From: Eubacteriales bacterium | GTDB taxonomy: Bacteria > Bacillota > Clostridia > Oscillospirales > JAAYXM01 | Length of the DNA: 64,000 nucleotides | Assembly (NCBI GenBank): GCA_045546975.1 | Contig: JAZQDV010000010.1 | Span: 405,544 to 469,543 of the forward strand | Direction of reading: 5' to 3' | Position numbers and translations under genes: made by a program | The notes under the pieces: model-generated | The model's database searches: none | Told to the model about the DNA's origin: nothing | Seen by the model: the letters and a program-made list of their open reading frames with translations, nothing else | Shown: positions 11,363 through 20,363 of the stretch, one piece after another | Numbering within the stretch: the stretch's first letter is position 1 | Layout of the letters: the number at the start of each line of letters is the position of its first letter

Positions 11363-12440
11363 CTTTCATAAAAAAATCTAGTATTTTTTCAAAAAAGTTC
11401 TTTTTCGGGAGAAAATCAACCGTATCATCGCTGATTACAGAAACCGAACAAACCTTTTCTCCATTGACCTTATATACGATTTTTCCCACCTCGTCTCCCG
11501 CCCTGACCGGAGCGTAGAGAAATTTAGGTATAAATACCTTCCTCTCAAAGGAATCGTCTTTCTTCACAAGAAAATAGACATCTTCTTTGACAGAAACATT
11601 TACAGTCGAACCTTTTCCCCCAACAACAGGAAGCGATGTTATCTCATCGGATTTACTCTCAGAGTGAAGCGCGTAATTTGAAAAACCGTAATCAAAAAGA
11701 GTTTTGTGGTCATTCCAGTCATTTGGGGCTGACAATGTCACAGCTATAAGGTCTAACCCATCGCGCTCTGCCGAAGAAACAAGGCATCTGCCAGCAACTT
11801 TGGTAAACCCGGTCTTTACACCGTTTGCTCCATTGTATAGCCACAGCAGCTTGTTGTGGTTTGAAAGTTGTCTCTCCGCAACCGTTTTTTGCTTCGTTGA
11901 TACAATTTCACAAAAACCGGGGTTCTCCATCGCATACGCCGTAAGCCTTGCCATATCATATGCCGTTGAATAATGGCCATCATCCGGAAGCCCGCTCGGG
12001 TTTTTGAAATGAGTGCCGGAAAGCCCCAAATCTTCTGCCTTTTCATTCATCATGTCGACGAAATCTTCTACAGAACCCTGACCAACATAATATGCAAGAG
12101 TTGTTGCAGCGTCATTTCCCGATTTAAGAAGCATTCCGTAAAGCAAATCGGAAACTGAGAGTTTTTCGCCCTCTTTGAGATAAAGTGAGGTTCCTTCGAT
12201 GCCCGTGCATGATTCCGGTACCGTTACAATTTCATCAAGCTCTGAATTTTCAAGCACAACAACAGCCGTCATTATCTTTGTAGTTGATGCTATTTCACGC
12301 GTCTTGTGAATGTCCTTGGAGAACAATATCGTCTCCGTTTTCGGCTCGTATAATATCGCCGATTTCGCGGACACATCCACTGCAGAGCAAAAAGAAAACG
12401 TAAGTGACAGAAAAAGCAAAAAAATAGTCGTTTTTTTCAA
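11355..12440 (-). CDS. D-alanyl-D-alanine carboxypeptidase (peptidase S11, DacB/DacF-like)
   Basis: Signal peptide; SxxK (ASTTK), SxN (SGND) and KTG (GVKTGFT) motifs; C-terminal PBP5-like domain. Confidence 0.9.
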   Translation of the reverse strand: MKKTTIFLLFLSLTFSFCSAVDVSAKSAILYEPKTETILFSKDIHKTREIASTTKIMTAVVVLENSELDEIVTVPESCTGIEGTSLYLKEGEKLSVSDLLYGMLLKSGNDAATTLAYYVGQGSVEDFVDMMNEKAEDLGLSGTHFKNPSGLPDDGHYSTAYDMARLTAYAMENPGFCEIVSTKQKTVAERQLSNHNKLLWLYNGANGVKTGFTKVAGRCLVSSAERDGLDLIAVTLSAPNDWNDHKTLFDYGFSNYALHSESKSDEITSLPVVGGKGSTVNVSVKEDVYFLVKKDDSFERKVFIPKFLYAPVRAGDEVGKIVYKVNGEKVCSVSVISDDTVDFLPKKNFFEKILDFFMKDD

Positions 12441-12492
12441 ATACTTTCACCCCTCTTAAAATAATACGAAAGAAAGAGCGAAAGTATTACGG

Positions 12493-12882
12493 TTATTCTT
12501 CTACTGAATTCTTTTTATTGTTTTTTATATATCCCTCAACTCTGTCCATTATTCCGGGCACAAGCTCAACCACTCTGTCAACAGTTGTACTCGGAGCGAC
12601 AGACATCGGGATAAGCCTTACTGTGCCATCCTTCACAACAAGAAAGCCTTCGGGATGGATTGTAACTCCTGCTCCTGCTCCGCCACCGAAGTTTGCATTT
12701 TCATTCTTGCTGTCAAAATCAGTTCCGCCCGATGCAAAACCGAATGAGACCTTTGAAATCGGAATAATTGTTGTGCCATCGGGAGTGTTGATCTGGTCTC
12801 CGATAATTGTGTTAACGTCGACCATACTGCGAAGCTTTTCCATTGTTGTTCTCATAACGTCATTTAGTGCATGTTCTGCCAT
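12493..12882 (-). CDS. ytfJ: Sporulation/germination protein YtfJ (GerW) family
   Basis: MVDVNTIIG, IIPISKVSFGFASGG and FGGGAGAGV signature. Confidence 0.92.
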   Translation of the reverse strand: MAEHALNDVMRTTMEKLRSMVDVNTIIGDQINTPDGTTIIPISKVSFGFASGGTDFDSKNENANFGGGAGAGVTIHPEGFLVVKDGTVRLIPMSVAPSTTVDRVVELVPGIMDRVEGYIKNNKKNSVEE

Positions 12883-12899
12883 AATATATCTCTCCTTTA

Positions 12900-13532
12900 T
12901 TATTCAACAGTGATCTGTGTTTCTTCTGTCTGATGCTCTGTTTTCTGAGCGTTTTGTGCTTCTTCGCGTTCCATATCGTCAAATGAAACCTGTCCGTCAT
13001 CAATGTCAGAAAACTCAGGAAGGTCCGGAAGCTCACTCAAACTCTCAAGTCCGAAAACGCGGAGAAAGTCTTTCGTTGTGCGATACAAAATGGGTTTTCC
13101 CGGAACATCTAAACGTCCTGATTCTTTGATAAGTCCCTTCTCGCAAAGGGATGTGATTGAATATGAACAGTCAACACCTCGCACCTGCTCAATATACGCT
13201 CTTGTTACAGGCTGACGGTATGCTATTACCGAAAGCACCTCAAGAAGTGAAGGTGAAAGCCTTGGTGCCCTTCGTGTTTCAAGAGCTTTTCTGATGAACG
13301 GTGCCTGTTCTGAATCCGAGCACATCTGATATGAATTTTCAAGCTTTACTATCCTGATTCCGCGTCTGTCAAAATCGTAGTCATCACGAAGCTTCACAAT
13401 TATCTTTTCAAGGCTTTCCTCATCAATTTCAAGAATCTCAGACATTCTTGAAAGCTCTACCGGATCGCCCACGGCAAAAAGGATAGCCTCTATTGAACGT
13501 TCAATCTCTGAAATCTGCATAATGTTCTCCAT
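12900..13532 (-). CDS. scpB: SMC-Scp complex subunit ScpB
   Basis: IEAILF, LEVLSVIAYRQPVTRAYIEQVRGV and FLRVFGLESLSELP. Confidence 0.96.
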   Translation of the reverse strand: MENIMQISEIERSIEAILFAVGDPVELSRMSEILEIDEESLEKIIVKLRDDYDFDRRGIRIVKLENSYQMCSDSEQAPFIRKALETRRAPRLSPSLLEVLSVIAYRQPVTRAYIEQVRGVDCSYSITSLCEKGLIKESGRLDVPGKPILYRTTKDFLRVFGLESLSELPDLPEFSDIDDGQVSFDDMEREEAQNAQKTEHQTEETQITVE

Positions 13533-13543
13533 TTCTGTGAATG

Positions 13544-14272
13544 TTAAATGTCCTGTATTTCTTCATCAACTGAAAGGGTTATATCCTGAGACTCATCCGA
13601 TACGGTAATTCTGTTTGTTTTGCAAAGCTCCAACACTGCAAGGAAAGTAGCAACTACTTCAGAGCGCGTTTTTACATCACGGAATAAATCAAAAAACTTC
13701 GTCTTCTTTGAAGAAAGAAGCCTCTTCAAGACATATGATACCTTCTTACCGACGGAATAAACCTCACGGCCGACAATTCCTGCAAAGTTTGTAATCTTGG
13801 GCGGAATTTTCGTTTCTGCTCGTTCAAGCATATTAAGAACCGCAAAACGCAGGTCAAACTTATCGTGAGAGTATTTGTATGTCTTATCGGGTTCAATCTC
13901 CTCAGGTGCCTTGGTGTAGATATCAAGACCCTTTTCGGCACGACTGTTGAGCGTACCGCTGACTTCCTTGATGCGCTGATACTCCAAAAGCATCTCAACA
14001 AGCCTTGCTCTCGGATCTTCTTCGTCGTCAAGCTCGTCGTACTTTGGCAAAAGCATCTTTGACTTTATATACAGAAGATGCGCCGACATAGAGACAAACT
14101 CACAGGCAACGGTGAGGTTTCTCTCCTCCATTTCCGCAAGAGCCTGATTGTACTGTTCAAGTATCTCAACTATCGGAATGTCATAAATATTCAGTTTGTT
14201 TTTCGCGATAAGGTGTAAAAGCAGGTCTAATGGCCCGTCAAACACCTCAAGGTGATACGTTATTTCCGACAT
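13544..14272 (-). CDS. scpA: Segregation and condensation protein ScpA
   Basis: FDGPLDLLLHLI, IKSKMLLP and VATFLAVLEL. Confidence 0.96.
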   Translation of the reverse strand: MSEITYHLEVFDGPLDLLLHLIAKNKLNIYDIPIVEILEQYNQALAEMEERNLTVACEFVSMSAHLLYIKSKMLLPKYDELDDEEDPRARLVEMLLEYQRIKEVSGTLNSRAEKGLDIYTKAPEEIEPDKTYKYSHDKFDLRFAVLNMLERAETKIPPKITNFAGIVGREVYSVGKKVSYVLKRLLSSKKTKFFDLFRDVKTRSEVVATFLAVLELCKTNRITVSDESQDITLSVDEEIQDI

Positions 14273-14287
14273 AATCAACTTCCCTGT

Positions 14288-14953
14288 CTAAAAAAAGATT
14301 GAATTAACAATATCTGCAAGTCCTACATAGAGGTGCTGTCTTATCATCGCAAGGAGATCCGAAAAAAACGGCAGATTTATAAGAATTATTAAAATAAGCA
14401 TACCGTATCTTTCGTATTTAAGAATAAATCCGTACGCTGATCTCGGCAAAAGAGAAAACAAAATCTTTGACCCGTCAAGCGGCGGAATTGGCAGAAGGTT
14501 GAACACCGCAAGACCAACATTGAGAACTGACGAGTAAAGAAAAAAGTTCCCCAAAGCGAGAGTTATGTAATCAAGAACTTCTTTTCCCGGCAAACGCTCA
14601 GGCAAGAGCAAAAACAAAATCATGGAAACCAAAGCCATAATGATGTTTGAAAAAGGGCCTGCGAGAGAAACCAACACAATACCAAGCTTTTTGTTTCTGA
14701 AATAATAGGTATTTACAGGAACAGGCTTTGCCCAACCAAACCCAAACAGAATCATGCAAATAAGACCCAGTATGTCAATATGATTTATCGGGTTTACGGA
14801 AAGTCTACCGCTGTCCTTTGCCGTCCTGTCTCCCAAAAGATATGAAACAAAGCCGTGCGAAAGCTCATGAAATATTATTGCAAGCAGTGCTGCAGGAATA
14901 ATAACCCAGTTAAAATCCTTAAATAAATCAAGTATTCGTTGTGCTATTCCCAA
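14288..14953 (-). CDS. Site-2 protease (M50, YwhC-like)
   Basis: HELSHG, FGWAKPVPVN and FNLLPIPPLDGSK; hydrophobic; TTG start with a GGAGGAG SD. Confidence 0.92.
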   Translation of the reverse strand: MGIAQRILDLFKDFNWVIIPAALLAIIFHELSHGFVSYLLGDRTAKDSGRLSVNPINHIDILGLICMILFGFGWAKPVPVNTYYFRNKKLGIVLVSLAGPFSNIIMALVSMILFLLLPERLPGKEVLDYITLALGNFFLYSSVLNVGLAVFNLLPIPPLDGSKILFSLLPRSAYGFILKYERYGMLILIILINLPFFSDLLAMIRQHLYVGLADIVNSIFF

Positions 14954-15069
14954 CGCAATCTCCTCCGAGATCTACAATATTATATAATAATACAAGTATA
15001 TTGTAACAGATTTACTCGAAAAACACAAGTAAAAACGTGTTTTCTTTGCTTGATTTCAAAAGTTTTTTC

Positions 15070-15098
15070 TTGAAAATTTTTCTTTTCAGCAGTATAAT
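15070..15098 (+). promoter_or_regulatory. SigA-type promoter of carD
   Basis: TTGAAA-17 nt-TATAAT. Confidence 0.65.
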
Positions 15099-15130
15099 AT
15101 ACATATAATCGACACAAAGGAGGGGTGTTT

Positions 15131-15628
15131 TTGTATAGTATAGGCGACAGAATTGTTCATCCGATGCACGGAGCCGGAACAATTGACGATATTGTCTCAC
15201 AGACCGTTGACGGAGCTTTGCGCGAATACTATGTTCTTAAATTACATACGAACAGCCTGACTATTATGGTACCTGTTGCTTCGTCTGCCGAAATAGGTAT
15301 AAGAGATGTTATTTCTCCTTCTGAAGCCGATAAGGTTATGGAGCTGTTTTCAACCATAGAGACAGACGATATCCCGAACTGGAATAAGCGCTATCGCGAC
15401 AATGCTCTCAAAATCAAAAGCGGAGATATCAAGGATGTTGTTTGCGTTATAAAAGCTCTCTCCTGCCGCGATGCAAAAACCGGCCTTTCCTCAGGTGAAC
15501 GCAAAATGCTCCATTCCGCATTGCAAATACTCGTTTCAGAGCTTGTAATTGCGAAGAACTCAACGAAAGAAGAAATCAAAAAAGAAATTGATGATATTAT
15601 CGAAAAAATTGTCAAAAACGAAACTTAA
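15131..15628 (+). CDS. carD: CarD/CdnL family RNA polymerase-binding regulator
   Basis: GDRIVHPMHGAGTI, the conserved Trp motif NWNKRYR and LSSGERKML. Start at 15125 or 15131. Confidence 0.92.
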   Translation: MYSIGDRIVHPMHGAGTIDDIVSQTVDGALREYYVLKLHTNSLTIMVPVASSAEIGIRDVISPSEADKVMELFSTIETDDIPNWNKRYRDNALKIKSGDIKDVVCVIKALSCRDAKTGLSSGERKMLHSALQILVSELVIAKNSTKEEIKKEIDDIIEKIVKNET

Positions 15629-15707
15629 ATTGATTTACAGATAAAATTATGTTAAAATTAAAGCTGTTCTCTAAGTGAGAATGGCTTTATTTACTAGAGG
15701 TGAAAAA

Positions 15708-16424
15708 ATGCTTTGTGAAAACGGAAAGAAATCATGCGTGGCAATTGTTCCTGCCGCAGGCTCATCCTCAAGGATGAAGAATTCAGGAAATAAGCTTTTC
15801 ATTGAAATCTCAGGGGTCCCGGTCATCGTTCTGACCCTTTCTGCACTACAGAAATCTCCGTACATTGATGAGATCATCGTTCCAACTCAAAAAGAGCTCA
15901 TTTCTGACATAACAAACCTGTGTAAAGCACATTCACTTAACAAAGTTAAATCCGTTATCTGTGGCGGAAAAACAAGAGTTGAGTCTGTATTTAACGGGGT
16001 TAAAGAAGCAGGCGGACGCTTTGAACTTATAGCTATTCACGATGCAGCAAGACCGTTTGTTTCACAAAAAATAATCGAAGAAACCGTACTTTCAGCAAGT
16101 AAATACGGTGGAGCTGCACCCGCAACACCTGTTAAGGACACCGTAAAAGAAGCAAAGGATTCCTTTGTTACAAAAACTCTTCTTCGTTCTTCCCTTTTTG
16201 CCATCCAGACCCCTCAGGTCTTTGAGTCTTTGCTCATAGAAAAATCTCTGGATAACGCATTGCGAAACAACCTTTCAATAACAGACGACTGCTCCGCTGT
16301 AGAAGAGTACGGAAAGCAGGTATTTCTTACAGAAGGTGACTTCTTCAACATCAAGATAACAACCCCTGAAGATATTGTTTTTTCAGAGGCAATACTAAAA
16401 AAACTTAGCGAGGTGGAAAAATGA
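15708..16424 (+). CDS. ispD: 2-C-methyl-D-erythritol 4-phosphate cytidylyltransferase
   Basis: [27 protein letters not shown] and KITTPED. Confidence 0.96.
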   Translation: MLCENGKKSCVAIVPAAGSSSRMKNSGNKLFIEISGVPVIVLTLSALQKSPYIDEIIVPTQKELISDITNLCKAHSLNKVKSVICGGKTRVESVFNGVKEAGGRFELIAIHDAARPFVSQKIIEETVLSASKYGGAAPATPVKDTVKEAKDSFVTKTLLRSSLFAIQTPQVFESLLIEKSLDNALRNNLSITDDCSAVEEYGKQVFLTEGDFFNIKITTPEDIVFSEAILKKLSEVEK

Positions 16425-16888
16425 GAATCGGACACGGCTACGACGTACACAAACTGACAGAAGGAAGAAAACTGATAGTCGGCGGTGTCGAAATACCTTT
16501 TGAAAAGGGTCTTTTGGGACACAGCGATGCAGACGTCTTACTTCACGCAATTTCCGACGCACTTCTCGGTGCCGCCGCTTTAGGCGATATAGGAAAACAC
16601 TTTCCGCCAAATGACCCGAAGTATGCAGGTGCAGACAGTTTAGAGCTTTTGCGCGAAGTTAATTCCCTTCTCAACGCTTCCGGTTTTAGCGTCGAAAACG
16701 TTGACTCCACGATTATTGCCGAGCGTCCAAAAATGCTCCCACACATTGAAAATATGAGGAAAAACATTTCCTCCGCGCTTAACATTGACATAGCCTGTGT
16801 AAGTGTAAAGGCGACAACCGAAGAAAAACTCGGTTTTACGGGCTCGGGAGAAGGAATCTCGGCACACGCAGTTGCTCTTATAAAATAA
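16421..16888 (+). CDS. ispF: 2-C-methyl-D-erythritol 2,4-cyclodiphosphate synthase
   Basis: [21 protein letters not shown] and [12 protein letters not shown]. Confidence 0.98.
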   Translation: MRIGHGYDVHKLTEGRKLIVGGVEIPFEKGLLGHSDADVLLHAISDALLGAAALGDIGKHFPPNDPKYAGADSLELLREVNSLLNASGFSVENVDSTIIAERPKMLPHIENMRKNISSALNIDIACVSVKATTEEKLGFTGSGEGISAHAVALIK

Positions 16889-16891
16889 ACG

Positions 16892-16931
16892 ATTGCAAGT
16901 CCCGTTCCTGTTGGGACTTGCAATTTTCTTT
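16892..16931 (+). terminator. Intrinsic terminator after ispF
   Basis: ATTGCAAGTCCC...GGGACTTGCAAT 12-bp stem followed by TTTCTTT. Confidence 0.8.
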
Positions 16932-16976
16932 CAACCTCACAGTATGATTTATATATCACATTTGTGGGGTGTTTTT

Positions 16977-17669
16977 ATGTTTATTTTCTCTATTTTATCA
17001 ACGCTTTTTATAAACTGCTTTTATCTCATTTTAAGCTTGTCATCAGGCTCTTTTCCAAAGCCGCTTTCTGCGAAGGAAGAACGTGAATACCTCGAAAAAG
17101 CGTCAAACGGAGATAACGAAGCGCGCGACATTTTGATTGAGCGGAATTTAAGGCTTGTTGCACATGTAATAAAGAAGTATTACACCTCTCCAAACGAACA
17201 GGAGGATTTGATTTCAATCGGCTCAATAGGACTTATCAAAGCAATCAATACGTACAAACCAAGCAAAGGCACAAGACTTGCAACCTATGCGGCACGATGT
17301 ATAGAAAACGAAATTCTTATGCACTTTCGAAGCACCAAAAAGAACGCAGTTGAAATTTCACTTTCCGACTCTCTGGATACTGACTCCGACGGAAATTCGC
17401 TCGCTCTTATGGATGTTATAAGCACCGAGGATATACGACTCGAGAAAATCGAAAACCTTGACGTCGAAGAAAAGCTTTACAAGCTCTTGAACTCACGTCT
17501 TGAACCGAGAGAACGCGAAATTGTAATAAGGAGATACGGTCTTTATGACTGTATCCCCGAAACACAATATGAAATTGCCAAAAAATGCAACATTTCGCGT
17601 TCTTATGTAAGCAGAATAGAAAAACGCGCACTTGAAAAGTTGCGCGCTTCTTTTGATGAAAAAAACTAA
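16977..17669 (+). CDS. sigK: Mother-cell sporulation sigma factor pro-sigma K, uninterrupted
   Basis: Hydrophobic pro-sequence then SFPKPLS, LIERNLRLVAHVIKKY, DLISIGSIGLIKAI, RLATYAARCIENEILM and ISRSYVSRIEKRAL. Confidence 0.92.
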   Translation: MFIFSILSTLFINCFYLILSLSSGSFPKPLSAKEEREYLEKASNGDNEARDILIERNLRLVAHVIKKYYTSPNEQEDLISIGSIGLIKAINTYKPSKGTRLATYAARCIENEILMHFRSTKKNAVEISLSDSLDTDSDGNSLALMDVISTEDIRLEKIENLDVEEKLYKLLNSRLEPREREIVIRRYGLYDCIPETQYEIAKKCNISRSYVSRIEKRALEKLRASFDEKN

Positions 17670-18277
17670 TCTTTATTTTGTGAGAATTCGCAGCCGCAGT
17701 ACTCCTGTCTGTATAGGTTATACTGACGCGACAGCTCAATTGAACGCTTGTAACCCTCTCGTTTTTTGAAGTCTGCCGTAAGATACTTTACGCCAAAGCT
17801 TTTTTCAGCATCTTCCCCTATTCTATTCAAAAGCTCGGCGTTCTTGTGCGGACTTACGGAAAGCGTTGTCGCAAAGCAATCAAACCCAAGTTCCTTCGCG
17901 GTTTTTGCAGTCTCAAAAAGTCTCAACTTAAAACACTCGACGCACCTTTTTCCGCCTTCCTTTTCACTTTCCAGTCCCCTTGCAGAACTTAAAAAGCGAT
18001 GATAGTCATACGGCATTTCAAGAAGCTTGACCTCGTGTGAAAATGGCATTTTTTCAACAATTTCACGCTGTGTATCAAGTCTTTTTGTGTACTCTTCTTC
18101 AGGGTAAATATTGGGGTTGAAAAACGCAACCGTGACAAGAAAATGTTTTGAAAGATATTCAAGAACATAGCTACTGCAAGGGCCACAACAACTGTGAAGT
18201 AAAAGAGACGGAACTTTACCCTCTCCGGTAAGTTCTTTTATCTGCTCGTCACATATAAGCTGGTAATTCTTTCTCAT
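17666..18277 (-). CDS. queH: Epoxyqueuosine reductase QueH (DUF208)
   Basis: LLLHSCCGPCS, FNPNIYP, RCVECFKLRL, TTLSVSPHK and YRQEYCGCEFS. Confidence 0.93.
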   Translation of the reverse strand: MRKNYQLICDEQIKELTGEGKVPSLLLHSCCGPCSSYVLEYLSKHFLVTVAFFNPNIYPEEEYTKRLDTQREIVEKMPFSHEVKLLEMPYDYHRFLSSARGLESEKEGGKRCVECFKLRLFETAKTAKELGFDCFATTLSVSPHKNAELLNRIGEDAEKSFGVKYLTADFKKREGYKRSIELSRQYNLYRQEYCGCEFSQNKD

Positions 18278-18279
18278 AA

Positions 18280-18657
18280 TTATTTCCCCATAATCTGTTC
18301 TTCCTGCTCAATTTCACAGCTATCGGCGACCGTTGAAATCAATTTGCCAAGCTCAAAAAACTCGTGCTCAATTTTATTTTCAGTATCCATACTCCGAGGA
18401 AGACTTCTTGCCATTGCAGCAGGTGCGGGTGAAATCGTTCCTTCACTTGAAACAGGATTTATGTTTCCGTGAATTCCGGTAAATGCCGCAACTGCAACTA
18501 TTGCAAGGCATGCAGCAATCGGGAGCACTTGCCGAAGCACAAACAAATTCTTTTTCTTTTCCTTCCTGTTTTCAATCGCTGAACGAACGACCGTGTTAAG
18601 CTCAGGCGGAATTTCAATAGAACTATATTTTTCTTTTGCTTTTTTTAATTCATCCAT
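18280..18657 (-). CDS. Short single-pass anti-sigma factor with an RsiV-like N-terminus
   Basis: KYSSIEIPPELNTVVRSAI resembles the RsiV N-terminus, followed by a basic patch and one TM segment. Overlaps the ECF sigma stop codon. Only 125 aa. Confidence 0.7.
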   Translation of the reverse strand: MDELKKAKEKYSSIEIPPELNTVVRSAIENRKEKKKNLFVLRQVLPIAACLAIVAVAAFTGIHGNINPVSSEGTISPAPAAMARSLPRSMDTENKIEHEFFELGKLISTVADSCEIEQEEQIMGK

Positions 18658-19145
18658 TATCTTTCTCCGTTATATGAAAGTTTTAGTTGACGGAGCGCCG
18701 TATACAGACGCGTTTTTACTGTACTTAAATTAGCCGATGTAATCTTTGAAATTTCCTCGAGCGACATATCCTCAAAAAACCTCAGTACGATTACCGTTCT
18801 GAATTTTTCAGGTAATTTCATAACCATATCATAAACTTCATCGTCTTTATCAAATGCTGTTTCAGTGTAAATCTGAACCGGCATTTTTTCATCCTCAGTT
18901 GCAATTTCACGTTTCTGTTTTTTGAAATATGCATGCGACTCATTAACCAGGATCCGATAAAACCAAGCGTTGATTTTATCAGGCGAACGTAGCTCATGAT
19001 ATTTCTCAAGTGCCTTACAGACAGCATTCTGTACTATGTCGAGTGCTCCTTCTCGTTCCTTGATGTAGCTGTACGCAAATCTATAGAATTTTTCCTGATT
19101 GTCGGTAATGTACGAAACAACTTTTTCGTATATTTCTTCTCGCAT
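18657..19145 (-). CDS. ECF RNA polymerase sigma factor, SigV-like
   Basis: FYRFAYSY, ALDIVQNAV, WFYRILVNES, LRFFEDMSLEEI and NLSTVKTRLY. Confidence 0.9.
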   Translation of the reverse strand: MREEIYEKVVSYITDNQEKFYRFAYSYIKEREGALDIVQNAVCKALEKYHELRSPDKINAWFYRILVNESHAYFKKQKREIATEDEKMPVQIYTETAFDKDDEVYDMVMKLPEKFRTVIVLRFFEDMSLEEISKITSANLSTVKTRLYTALRQLKLSYNGER

Positions 19146-19293
19146 AGGTTTTCCTCTGTCTTACCTTTCGCCGTCATTATATAGATGTTTTTGAAGGCAA
19201 AAAAGTTTGTTTTCTGTCTATTCTTTTATTGAATTTTAACCACTTGTTATGTTATTATTAGTAATATAATAACTAAACGCGGAGGTTTTGTCA

Positions 19294-19716
19294 ATGAGGA
19301 CAGTTGGCATAGATTACGGCGACAAACGTATCGGCGTCTCCTTTTCAGATATTAGCGGAACACTCGCAGGAGAAAGCTTTACAATAAATGTCACAGACCC
19401 AAAAGCAGCTTTTGACGAGCTTTGCAATGCAATCATTTCTCGTTCTGTGGGAGAAATTGTTCTCGGTTACCCAAAACACATGAATGCAGACATTGGAGAC
19501 CGTGCAAAAAAGAGCGAGGAAATTGCAGAAATACTTAAAGAAAGAACAAAACTCCCCGTTATTTTATGGGACGAGCGTTGCACTACTGTCGATGCTCACA
19601 GAATACTTTCAGAAACCGGCTACCACGGAAAAAAGCGCCGGGCAAAGGTTGACTCCGTTGCCGCAGCGCTTATACTGCAAAACTATCTTGATTTCAAAGC
19701 AATCTCAAGGTCTTAA
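19294..19716 (+). CDS. ruvX: YqgF/RuvX family nuclease
   Basis: GIDYGDKRIGV, WDERCTT and VDSVAAALILQNYLD. Confidence 0.94.
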   Translation: MRTVGIDYGDKRIGVSFSDISGTLAGESFTINVTDPKAAFDELCNAIISRSVGEIVLGYPKHMNADIGDRAKKSEEIAEILKERTKLPVILWDERCTTVDAHRILSETGYHGKKRRAKVDSVAAALILQNYLDFKAISRS

Positions 19717-20219
19717 CCCTGAGGTTGCTTATTTTCTTTCACAAGTCCGTGCATAAATCCGCCAAGCTCACAGGATGAAACATCACCGCCGATAAGCTTG
19801 TTTTTGTATACGATTATGTTTGCAACCACGTTTTCTTCTTCAGACGGGTGATTTGTGATTCTGTATGTATAACGTGTAACCCGCTTTCCTTTATACTCCA
19901 TCAAATCCATGCCCTGCTTTTTCTGAATGTTGTTATATTCATCATACACCCCGTCAAAAGCCTCGGGAATTCTGACTTCCATTGATTCAATTGGATCACG
20001 GTCTACGGTCCAGCCGTATCCTTCAAGGAGTGAAACGCGATCCTCGTTTGTTTTGAGCTTTACTTTTTCCGCTTCAATTACCTGCTCATCAAGAGTTAAG
20101 ACGGTATCTCCGCGCGACATATCATGACTTATTGCAACGCCTGCACATACCACCAGCGCAAGAGCAAGAACGCCGCCCAGAATCTTCTTTCCCGTAATCT
20201 TTGCAGTGAATATAATCAT
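19713..20219 (-). CDS. Membrane-anchored DUF4830-like protein
   Basis: N-terminal TM, then YGW, IPEAFDGVYDEYNNIQKKQG, YKGK and IGGDV, recognised from memory as DUF4830. Confidence 0.75.
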   Translation of the reverse strand: MIIFTAKITGKKILGGVLALALVVCAGVAISHDMSRGDTVLTLDEQVIEAEKVKLKTNEDRVSLLEGYGWTVDRDPIESMEVRIPEAFDGVYDEYNNIQKKQGMDLMEYKGKRVTRYTYRITNHPSEEENVVANIIVYKNKLIGGDVSSCELGGFMHGLVKENKQPQG

Positions 20220-20363
20220 AATAATTTTCTCCTTCCAAAATCGTATTAAATTCTATTGTGAACTTTCTGAAAATATAACCTCAAAAACGCTGAATTTCAT
20301 TGACCTTTCGCCTTTTTTATGGTATGATATTATATCAAACTATATGCGAAGGAAATGTGTTTT

